Shown piece by piece: positions 53,249 through 64,000 of a stretch of DNA of 64,000 nt (the stretch's first letter is position 1; each line of letters opens with the position of its first letter). A program made the translations under genes and the position numbers. The stretch is from contig NIVC01000013.1 in NCBI GenBank assembly GCA_002269645.1, positions 1,321,215 to 1,385,214 on the forward strand, in the 5' to 3' direction. The notes below the pieces were generated by a model. It made no database searches. It saw nothing but the letters and a program-made list of their open reading frames with translations, and had not been told where the DNA came from. The DNA is from Macrostomum lignano (Eukaryota).

Positions 53249-53359
53249 GAGTTTGTGTAACAATCATGCCCCATTCGGTTGTAGCCTAGTGGTTAAGTCT
53301 ACCGAATGGAGCATGATTGTTACACAAACTCATTAGTAACTGTTAGTGACCACTCTCAC

Positions 53360-55097
53360 CGTTCAATGCCGAGAACATTAGCGGCCTCCATCACCATAGC
53401 AAACCTGCGAGCGTTGCCTCCAGTCCCGATGACAGCTCGAAGATCAATTAGATCCGGTCTGTGCTTGTGAATGATGGCGCACAGAACCACACCGTCGCGA
53501 AATCCCGCAACAGCCCAGTCTGAATTGCACACCAGCGGATAGCTTTTCAGCGCCTCCTTCGTCCACGAAATAAGACTGTCAGTGAGTTCCGGGAATTGTT
53601 GGCGCGACTCTTGGTGAGAAACAACAGCAGGCATTTGATTCGGCAAATGGCTCCTGGAACTTCTAGCGAGAAGCGACTGCAGCTGAAGCGTATCATTTAT
53701 ATTTACTCGTGTCCTAGCAATATCGCGCAATGCTTCATTTGACTTCAGCGAATCCAGCCTCAGCTCTGATTGATTACCCGACTCAGGAATCGAAGTAGTA
53801 CTACTCAAAATAGAGAGATTAAACTGTTTGTCATCGTTTGTAGTTTGGCAACTTTGCAAACCGGTTACTGCAACTGGGTCCTCGGCAGCTGCATCAACTA
53901 GAGACTTCTGCAAACCGGTCACTGCAACTGGGTCCTCGACAGCTGCATCAACTAGAGACTTCTGCAAACCGGTCACTGCAACTGGGTCCTCGGCAGCTGC
54001 ATCAACTAGAGACTTCTGCAAACCGGTCACTGCAACTGGGTCCTCGGCAGCTGCATCAACTAGAGACTTCTGCAAACCGGTCACTGCAACTGGGTCCTCG
54101 GCAGCTGCATCAACTAGAGACTTCTGCAAACCGGTCACTGCAACTGGGTCCTCGGCAGCTGCATCAACTAGAGACTTCTGCAAACCGGTCACTGCAACTG
54201 GGTCCTCGGCAGCTGCATCAACTAGAGACTTCTGCAAGCCGGTCACTGCAACTGGGTCCTCAGCAGTTGCACCAACCAGAGGCTGAGCACCTTGAGTACC
54301 CTGAATCAAAGCATCCTTGTCTGACGACAGCTCTGCTAACGTTTGAGAAGTATTTGATTGGTTCGTAGCGAGGGCCTGCGCTTTGGAAAAACACGGCGAA
54401 GTTACTGGTGGTTCATCAGAGCCACCACCACCAACATCAGAGTCGTTTAGTTGCTGATTTGGCCTTAGAAATCCTTCATCAGGATTTTTAATCCCGATTG
54501 TATAGACGGTTAGCGACACACTTGCAGCAGTTACCTGTAATGTGGGTAAAAAGTGAATGAGTGAAAAAGGTATTTGTTATAGCCACTCTAATACTACTTA
54601 CAAGTAGGAAGCTACACTTCCAAATAGTGCAACCCTAATTACATAGAGTTCGGAAAAACTCCACTGACCAGTCTAGGATCGGTGGGCGTCAGACTGTAAG
54701 TCGCTAATTCAGAAACTCTCTGCTCAATTAGGTCAGAGCTGACAAACTCAGCCAAGTTGATGCGACATCGAGCTACCTCAACCCGGCTATTAGGCATGAT
54801 GGTCTTTCGCTTCTTAGTCTCAACTTGTAGTCGCCAGATCTTGTCTTGATAGCGGCCGCGCTCCGTTGAATCATTTCGGAATTTAAACTTGGCCGTTAAA
54901 TCAACAGTTTGAGGCGAGAGCCAATTAACGCAGCGAACGCTCGGATTGGCTGCCTGTGCCGACCAATCAGAGAGCTCCGTGGAGCGCCGTTTCGTCGATT
55001 TAACTAAAGCAACGCCTAACTGACTCGGTTGGAATTCTGGGCAGCAATCGACCGACACGCGGTGGAAGCTGACGGTCACGTGATACTTTACGGTAGG
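53360..55097 (-). CDS. EHBP1: EHBP1-like locus, module 1: NT-C2 domain, repeat linker, CH domain (start exon not located)
   Basis: Exon 55097-54669 (KYHVTVSFHRVSVDC...FQPSQL...NPSVRCVNWLSPQTVDLT...QDKIW...ARCRINLAEF) aligns by eye with the EHBP1 NT-C2. Exon 54534-53360 ends in a CH domain (LISWTKEALKSY...FRDGVVLCAIIHKHRPDLID...LGIER). Confidence 0.8.
53856..54270 (-). repeat. Coding 54-bp (18-aa) repeat, 8 copies, in the EHBP1-like linker
   Basis: Unit DAAAEDPVAVTGLQKSLV. Confidence 0.95.
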
Positions 55098-55614
55098 CTG
55101 GAAAAGTGTATGGAAGCATGCGTGCTATAGGATCACGACAGGTGCAAGGTACAAGTGTAATTTTTAGCACTTTAATTATAAACTGCCTATCATACTATAC
55201 CACTCTACTGATTATATATTAACCGGGTGTTTTAAGCGTCCAAAATCAGTCAGACAGTTCAAAATCAAATCAAATACCAATACTTTCTACTCTAAAATTT
55301 GTATTTCTAAGCCTCTCTAACCTCGAAAAGCTGCAAAAGTCTTTAGCTTTCATGCTTATAGATTACTGAACCTTAAAATGCAATTGATAGAAGTCTTAAA
55401 CTCTTCGTCGCCTCATTGCGATCAAGCGAAACTATATTGTACTACTGTATACGTGTAAGAGTGGAAACAGTTAAACCTGCTATGTTGCAGATGTACCATA
55501 GCGCGTACATGTTAAGTTCACACAACTATTGAAACTTGAAGTTAAAATGAATTCGAACTTGAAGACATTCAGTTATACATGTATCTACTAGTAAAGTGAA
55601 TATTTCAACTGATT

Positions 55615-57170
55615 AAGCTGTAATCGTTTAAGTGTGTTGGTATACAAGTGTCTATCGTTTAAATGTGTTGTTATACAGGTGTCTATCGTTTAAGTGTGTT
55701 GTTATACAGGTGTCTATCGTTTAAGTGTGTTGTTATACAGGTGTCTATCGTTTAAGTGTGTTGTTATACAGGTGTCTATCGTTTAAGTGTGTTGTTATAC
55801 AGGTGTCTAACGTTTAAGTGTGCTGTTATACAGGTGTCTATCGTTTAAGTGTGTTGGTGTCTGTCGTTTAAGTGTGTTGGTGTCTGTCGTTTAAGTGTGT
55901 TGGTGTCTGTCGTTTAAGTGTGTTGTTGTACAGGTGTCTATCGTTTAAGTGTGTTGTTGTACAGGTGTCTATCGTTTAAGTGTGTGTTTTATACAGGTGT
56001 CTATCGTTTAAGTGTGTTGTTATACAGGTGTCTATCGTTTAAGTGTGTTGTTATACAGGTGTCTATCGTTTAAGTGTGTTGTTATACAGGTGTCTATCGT
56101 TTAAGTGTGTTGTTGTACAGGTGTCTATCGTTTAAGTGTGTTGTTATACAGGTGTCTATCGTTTAAGTGTGTTGTTATACAGGTGTCTATCGTTTAAGTG
56201 TGTTGTTATACAGGTGTCTATCGTTTAAGTGTGTTGTTATACAGGTGTCTATCGTTTAAGTGTGTTGTTATACAGGTGTCTATCGTTTAAGTGTGTTGTT
56301 ATACAGGTGTCTATCGTTTAAGTGTGTTGTTATACAGGTGTCTATCGTTTAAGTGTGTTGTTATACAGGTGTCTATCGTTTAAGTGTGTTGTTATACAGG
56401 TGTCTATCGTTTAAGTGTGTTGTTATACAGGTGTCTATCGTTAACGTTTGTTATTTATATAAGGTGTCTATCGTTAAGTGTGTTGTTATACAGGTGTCTA
56501 TCGCTTAAGTGTGTTGTTATACAGGTGTCTATCGTTTAAGTGTGTTGTTATACAGGTGTCTAACGTTTAAGTGTGCTGTTATACAGGTGTCTATCGCTTA
56601 AGTGTGTTGTTATACAGGTGTCTATCGCTTAAGTGTGTTGTTATACAGGTGTCTATCGCTTAAGTGTGTTGTTATACAGGTGTCTAACGTTTAAGTGTGC
56701 TGTTATACAGGTGTCTATCGCTTAAGTGTGTTGTTATACAGGTGTCTATCGTTTAAGTGTGTTGTTATACAGGTGTCTATCGTTTAAGTGTGTTGTTATA
56801 CAGGTGTCTATCGTTTAAGTGTGCTGTTATACAGGTGTCTATCGCTTAAGTGTGTTGTTATACAGGTGTCTATCGTTTAAGTGTGTTGTTATACAGGTGT
56901 CTGTCGTTTAAGTGTGTTGTTATACAGGTGTCTATCGTTTAAGTGTGTTGTTATACAGGTGTCTATCGTTTAAGTGTGTTGTTATACAGGTGTCTAACGT
57001 TTAAGTGTGCTGTTATACAGGTGTCTATCGCTTAAGTGTGTTGTTATACAGGTGTCTATCGTTTAAGTGCGTTGTTATACAGGTGTCTATCGTTTAAGTG
57101 TGTTGTTATACAGGTGTCTATCGTTTAAGTGTGTTGTTATACAGGTGTCTATCGTTTAAGTGTGTTATAG
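55615..57170. repeat. 31-bp satellite GTGTCTATCGTTTAAGTGTGTTGTTATACAG, about 48 copies
   Basis: Direct tandem copies. Confidence 0.96.
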
Positions 57171-59033
57171 CCTAGACTGCAACAAGCTATCCTTAGAACT
57201 ATTATAGTTATACTATTACCCCTATTAGCAGAGAAGAACAACAAGAAAACGATAAGATCAATAACCGAAGAGAATTAAAGTTAGCTACCTGTCAATCAAT
57301 CACAAAAGGCAGAGAGAAGTAAGCAAACAGTGCGGCTAGTTATAACAACAAAAGAAACCAGCACGCAACGATACTTGAATTCCTCGAAATAAAGTATTTA
57401 TTAATTAGCGCACCGTTTCACACTCACGCATCATTTTATAGTTGTATTTATGGATAAGAAAACGATGATTAAAAAGTATTATACTAGTAAATTTATGGAC
57501 TTAATAGTAAATAGAAAAGGCCAGAAGACACTAGCCATATTCGCAACCATATTCAATAACTGAAGTCTATTAAATGTCAAATGTTGATATTCAACTCAAC
57601 TTAACAATGTGTGCCAGTCACAATCTTAATAGATGGAATTATTGGCAATAATAACTAATAAACTTACTACTACATACTTAAAACTGGTTTCATTTTTAAG
57701 CACAAAAACTATTGTAAAGAATGCAGTTCTCCGTTCAAACATAAAAAGATAATGCACAATTGATCTTATCAGCAATATTTTAGCTTACTATAGGTTATGC
57801 CTGCAACTCTAAGATAATCTACACAAGTGCCCCAGAAGTTTTGCTCTCGGTTAAAGAAAACTCCTGTTTTTCGTCTACTTACTACTTGCAGGCCTATTTA
57901 GTATAAATTACCACTTTAACTTACTGTGTAGTGTAGAAGTTGACCAATGTCTGAAACGGCCCATTTTTATCAGTTTTATCTTAATGTAAGGCCTTTGACT
58001 GCCGCTCTAATTTTCCGGAGTTATGAGCTCTGCCCTCCCTGCCCGGTCCATCCTGCGCTGTACTTGGTCCATCTGCTGGCTCCTCTGGTTGTCTCCCTGC
58101 CTAAGTGTCTCTGGCTCTCATCCTGACAGTGGATTGGTGTCCTGGGTTGGATGTTCGTCCCGAATCGGGATACCGGCTGAGTCCGGGTCCTCTTGCCCCT
58201 TGTGCCCCTTCCCGACCCCTTGGCCTGGCCTCCAATATAGAGCTGGATAGGCGATACCCTTGGGTTTGTAGCCGGTAGACGGTCTTCCTGCCTGGAGTCT
58301 CGCCCTCGAAAACAAGCCTTCGACTCGCTCCAATAATTAAGCCATTTCCGTAGACTTCGGGGTTTCCCCGCTCTCGGACCGCTTTCAGTGATAACCCAAG
58401 CTTTTTTCGCTATTTCCAATTTTTTCTGCGCACTCCCAAGGACTTTGTCTGCTGGGTAGTGGCCTGGGTGGACTCGTCCTAGCACCGTCCCTGATTCCAC
58501 TTTTGGGTTGGCGGTGTCTTGTACCGAAGGTTTGGGTTAGTAGCACCAATACTACCTGGTACATGTTCTCACCAGAGTTCTGAGCTCTGGTCCCAATCGT
58601 GGCCTCTCGGGCTACATGCCCCTGGCAGTATGGCCCACAGTCAGATCCCTGCGGCAGAGCCCCCTTTCGGGCTGATCCGCGGTAAGCCCTGGCTTTCCAT
58701 CCCCGTTTAACAACAACAACAGACGGCACATTAATAACAGCCTAACGACTAAGTTTGTGTGCCTGCTTAATTATAGACCAAAATATAGACTAAGTATAAT
58801 GTAGACGTCAGACTTACTCTTATTAGTAGTTATGATATTAAACGGAAAATTCTTTAACAGAAAAAAACTTTACGATTCAGCTTACATAGCAATATATAGT
58901 TATAAAACGATTTTTTCAAATTCAGAAACAAATAACGTCAAAATGACACCCAGAATATTTTCTCGAGCAACTTTAATTGATCTTCCATATCTAATATACT
59001 ACTGCTACTACTGATAGTAATAATAACAGTAAA

Positions 59034-62000
59034 CTACTGAGGATAGGCCTCAACCAGCATAGCGTGTCCCTGACCGCCAGCAGCGCACGCCGCAACCAAA
59101 GCTAACTGGCCGCTGCCCTTCAACAGGCGATTAGCTGCGCACGTGACCAAGCGTACGCCAGTAGCTCCGAAGGGTGCCCAATAGACAGACTGCCGCCCCA
59201 GCAGTTCAATTTGTCCATAGGCGGAGCGCCATACTTGCCAGCCTGCCTGCCCATGTATTGCTTAGCAAAATAGTCCGAATCCAAAGCGGCTAAATTAGCC
59301 AATATCTGACCAGCGAATGCTTCGTGATATTCGAAAGCGTCAATATCTGCCAGGCTCAGACCGTTGCGCTCTAGAATACGCGGCGTCGCATAGGCAGGCC
59401 CTAGCAACAGTTGATCTTTCGGGTCCTGGCTAACGTACATGAAATCGCGCAGGTAAGCTTTCGGCTTCAAGCCGAGTCGTTTGGCCGTCTCCTCGGTGGT
59501 TAGAAGGCAGGCCGAGGCTCCATCAGTGAGGAAGCTGGCATTGGCAGCTGTGATGGTGCCGTGAGGCTTGACAAAGGCCGGTTTGAGCTTGCTCATCGCT
59601 TCCATGCTGCTAGGACGGACGCCATTGTCGCGGGAGACGGTGTTAGCGACTCCGGGCACCTGCGTGAATGCAAATTAACTAGCGATTTAGAAACCTGTGG
59701 ATTTTCTGCAGTTCCACAGCATGACAGACTGTCAGGAACTTCAAAACGATGATTGAACTTCAGTGTAATGTAACTTCTAAAGATTGTGGTACGTGATTAG
59801 ACTGACAGACCGTCGGGAACTTCAACACGATGATTGTACTTCAAAAGATTGTGGTACGTGATCAGACTGGCAGACCGTCGGGAACTTCAACACGATGATT
59901 GTACTTCAAAATATTGTGGTACGTGATCAGACTGGCAGACCGTCGGGAACTTCAACACGATGATTGTACTTCAAAAGATTGTGGTACGTGATCAGACTGG
60001 CAGACCGTCGGAACTTCAACACGATGATTGAACTTCAGCGTAATGTAACTTCTAAAGATTGTGGTACGTGATTAGACTGACAGACCGTCGGGAACTTCAA
60101 CACGATGATTGAACTTCAGCGTAATGTAACTTCTAAAGATTGTGTACGTGATTAGACTGACAGACCGTCGGGAACTTCAACACGATGATTGAAGAACTTC
60201 AGTCTAAACGGCTTCAACACAATGATTAAAACCTTCTGTAGATTTTAGCACATCAAGAGCGTGATCAAGAGCACACCTACAAGACCTTCAACACGATGAT
60301 TGAAGATCATTGATTCGGAACTGACATTTTCTGTAGATTTAGTTTACAGGATGATTAATCCGAACTTTAAATAAACAATGATTCATCGAGTGGAAATGTA
60401 AACAAAACAATCAAAGCAAACCTTGAACGGCTCAATTTCGGTCAGTAGGCCATCCTTAGCGGCCTGAGCTGCCAATGTGTGACTGCGAAGCGCGAATTCA
60501 TCCTGAGCCCGACGGCTGATGCCGAACGCTGCGCACAAGCGGTCAGCTGAATGGCCCATAGTCTCGTTAGTAGAGAATTCCGCCACGGCTGGCAGTTCAA
60601 CTCCGCCAGTTAGGGAGCCAAGAATTCTGCCTCCAACTGACAGCTGGTCTGGCAGACTCTTGGCTTTGCGCATGGATAGCAGGTGGCTGCGTGTGTTCCT
60701 GGATTGAGGGGTGGGTGGATGGCATGATTAGAGACCTATGTGCTGATATGCTAGCATGATTAGAGACCTGTGTGTGCTGCTAGCATGATTGGAGACTGTG
60801 TGTGCTACTAGCATGATTAGAGACCTGTGTGCTGATATGCTAGCATGATCAGAGACCTGTGTGTGCTGATATGCTAGCATGATTAGAGACCTGTGTGTGC
60901 TGCTAGCATGATTAGAGACCTGTGTGTGCTGATATGCTAGCATGATTAGAGACCTGTGTGTGCTGCTAGCATGATTAGAGACCTGTGTGTGCTGCTAGCA
61001 TGATTAGAGACCTGTGTGTGCTGATATGCTAGCATGATTAGAGACCTGTGTGCTGATATGCTAGCATGATTAGAGACTGTGTGCTGATATGCTAGCATTA
61101 TTAGAGACCTGTGTGCTGATATGCTAGCATGATTAGAGACTGTGTGCTAATATGCTAGCATTATTAGAGACCTGTGTGCTGATATGCTAGCATGATTAGA
61201 GACTGTGTGCTGATATGCTAGCATGATTAGAGACCTGTGTGTGCTGCTAGCATGATTAGAGACTGTGTGCTGATATGCTAGCATTATTAGAGACCTGTGT
61301 GCTGATATGCTAGCATGATTAGAGACCTGTGTGCTGATATGCTAGCATGATTAGAGACCTGTGTGTGCTGCTAGCATGATTGGAGACTGTGTGTGCTGCT
61401 AGCATGATTAGAGACCTGTGTGCTGATATGCTAGCATGATTAGAGACCTGTGTGCTGATATGCTAGCATGATTAGAGACCTGTGTGCTGATATGCTAGCA
61501 TGATTAGAGACCTGTGTGTGCTGCTAGCATGATTGGAGACTGTGTGTGCTGCTAGCATGATTAGAGACCTGTGTGCTGATATGCTAGCATGATTAGAGAC
61601 CTGTGTGTGCTGCTAGCATGATTAGAGACCTGTGTGTGCTGCTAGCATGATTAGAGACCTGTGTGTGCTGATATGCTAGCATGATTAGAGACCTGTGTGT
61701 GCTGATATGCTAGCATGATTAGAGACTGTGTGTGCTGATATGCTAGCATGATTAGAGACCTGTGTGCTGATATGCTAGCATGATCAGAGACCTGTGTCTG
61801 CTGATATGCTAGCATGATTAGAGACATGTGTGTGCTGCTAGCATGATTAGAGACCTGTGTGTGCTGATATGCTAGCATGATTAGAGACCTGTATGTGCTG
61901 CTAGCATGATTAGAGACCTGTGTGTGCTGATATGCTAGCATGATTAGAGACCTGTGTGTGCTGATATGCTAGCATGATTAGAGACCTGTGTGTGCTGATA

Positions 62001-63112
62001 TGCTAGCATGATTAGAGACCTGTGTGTGCTGATATGCTAGCATGATTAGAGACCTGTGTGTGCTGCTATGGGTAGCATGATTAGAGACCTGTGTGTGCTG
62101 ATATGCTAGCATGATTAGAGACCTGTGTGTGCTGATATGGGTAGCATGATTAGAGACCTGTGTGTACTGATATGGTAGCATGATCAGAGACCTGTGTGTG
62201 CTGATATGGGTAGCATGATTAGAGACCTGTGTGTGCTGATATGCTAGCATGATTAGAGACCTGTGTGTACTGATATGGGTAGCATGATTAGAGACCTGTG
62301 TGTGCTGATATGCTAGCATGATCAGAGACCTGTGTGTACTGATATGGGTAGCATGATTAGAGACCTGGGTGCTGATATGCTAGCATGATTAGAGACCTGT
62401 GTGCTGATATGGCTAGCATGATTAGAGACCTGTGTGTGCTGATATGGTAGCATGATTAGAGACCTGGGTGTACTGATATGGGTAGCATGATTAGAGACCT
62501 GGGTGCTGATATGCTAGCATGATTAGAGACCTGTGTGTGCTGATATGGGTAGCATGATGGGTAGCATGACACAAAAAATACCTGTTCAATCGAATTGGCA
62601 CATCGGACATGAACTCCACACCGCCAGCAATGCATACTTGAGCAGCCCCGGTTGCTAGCAAGCCCATACAGGTGGTGATAGCCTGATTAGACGAGATGCA
62701 AGCTTGAGTAACCGTATGAGCCGGAATCCGGTCAGAGTAGCCGCGCCCAGAGCCGCCTCCCTAGCAATGTTACTAGTCTTAACCTCTTGAATAACCGTGC
62801 CCATAACAATGTAGTCAACAATGGACTTATCCAGCTTAGTCCTATTAGCCAGAGTCAGTAGGGAGTGCCTAGCCAAATCGTGCGGCATCAAACGCTTATA
62901 ATCGGTGCCGCTCTGCAGAAACGGAGTCCGGACGCCTTCAACTAGAACTATGTTGGGCCGGTCCGGTTTAGCTAAGCTGCGTCGCTTTGAATCGGCGGGT
63001 TTCGCGCAGCCGGAGCCGCGGACAACAGGCGGACAGACTGTCGGTGCTGCTGTTGCAGCAGAAATCGACCAGAAGAGGCGATAGGCGCGTTTAAATTTAG
63101 AGAGCGAAGCAT
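59034..63112 (-). CDS. HADHB: Mitochondrial trifunctional enzyme subunit beta (long-chain 3-ketoacyl-CoA thiolase); three frameshifts in this sequence
   Basis: Exons 63112-62582, 60698-60422, 59659-59034. Motifs: RRSLAKP...VEGVRTPFL...[72 protein letters not shown]. Single-base deletions near 63005, 62741 and 59170. Confidence 0.9.
59715..60210. repeat. 65-80-bp tandem repeat in HADHB intron 2
   Basis: GATTGTGGTACGTGAT...GACCGTCGGGAACTTCAACACGATGATTG. Confidence 0.9.
60722..62570. repeat. ~30-34-bp minisatellite filling HADHB intron 1
   Basis: GCATGATTAGAGACCTGTGTGTGCTGATATGCTA. Confidence 0.96.
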
Positions 63113-63299
63113 TGTGTGTTGCGTATGGTTTGCGGTTCGACTTTAAAGGATTATAAATTCACAGAAATAGACAGTAGCATTAAATATTGCGCGATAAAAA
63201 ATTAAAACTAAATTTAAGCACTGTTTCAAAACTTTTCTGACTTCAAAATAAAAAGGCGACTCTGTCAATCAACACCCCTCGACTTTGTCTTACTCTTCT

Positions 63300-64000
63300 A
63301 CTCGTCAGTGACTGTCTGTAAGTAACCCCCGACTGTCAGTGACTCTCTGTCTCTGTCAGTGACCCTCTGTCTGTAAGTAACCCCCGACTGTCAGTGACCC
63401 TCTGTCTGTAAGTAACCCCCCGACTGTCAGTGACCCTCTGTCTGTAAGTAACCCCCCGACTGTCAGTGACCCTCTGTCTGTAAGTAACCCCCGACTGTCA
63501 GTGACCCTCTGTCTGTAAGTAACCCCGACTGTCAGTGACCCTGTCTGTGAGTAACCCCCCCGACTGTAAGTGACCCTGTCTGTAAGTAACCCCCGACTGT
63601 CAGTGACCCTCTGTCTGTAAGTAACCCCCCGACTGTCAGTGACCCTCTGTCTCTGTCAGTGACTCTGTCTCTGTCAGTGACCCTCTGTCTTTGTCAGTGA
63701 CCCTCTATCTTTGTCAGTGACCCCCTATCTTTGTCAGTGACCCTCTGTCTGCCAGTGACCTCTGTCTCTGTCAGTGACTCCGACTGTCAGTGACCCTCTG
63801 TCTCTGTCAGTGACCCTACGACTGTCAGTGACCCCTCTGTCTGTCAGTGACCTTTGTCTCTGTCAGTGACCCTGTCTGTCAGTGACCTGTCTCTGTCAGT
63901 GACCCTCCGACTGTCAGTGACCCTCTGTCTCTGTCAGTAACCCTCGCGACTGTCAGTGACCCTACGACTGTCAGTGACCCTCTGTCTGTCAGTGACCTTC
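63300..64000. repeat. CTGTCAGTGACCCTCTGT-based minisatellite upstream of HADHB
   Basis: Direct tandem copies running to the window edge. Confidence 0.92.

Noticed and set aside
55615-57170. Array of splice-site-like TACAG|GTGT units
   Set aside because: The motif is on the plus strand while the neighbouring genes are on the minus strand, and nothing supports micro-exons.
63040-63072. 32-nt micro-intron that would repair the first HADHB frameshift
   Set aside because: Weak donor (gtcgat), and it would destroy the natural transit-peptide reading RLLSAAPAA; a one-base deletion is simpler.

Overview
Eukaryotic, intron-rich genomic DNA with GT-AG introns, most of them filled by tandem repeats. 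This pattern suggests a free-living flatworm such as Macrostomum, which is an inference only. Four host loci: (1) the 5' part of a LIV-1-type ZIP zinc transporter on the minus strand, running off the left edge; (2) a complete 16-exon golgin-245/GOLGA4 orthologue on the plus strand (15339-34667, about 2475 aa, with a GRIP domain and a young 28-aa coiled-coil repeat expansion); (3) an EHBP1-like locus on the minus strand with three tandem NT-C2 + CH modules, then bMERB and a C-terminal CaaX motif (CSLL); (4) HADHB on the minus strand with three single-base frameshifts. The last intron of the EHBP1-like locus holds a 7185-bp CMC/EnSpm-type DNA transposon (32-bp CCC-start TIRs, 2-bp AG TSD). Its transposase has lost the catalytic core, but it carries an intact, spliced, divergently oriented DUF4806-like gene. 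Also present: a decayed APE-type LINE fragment, several MITEs with readable TIR/TSD (hAT-like and MULE-like), two tRNA-derived SINE-like elements, an 83-nt near-perfect hairpin and over 20 satellite arrays. Most long ORFs in the supplied track are satellite artefacts. All family assignments come from motif recognition by eye, not from database searches.
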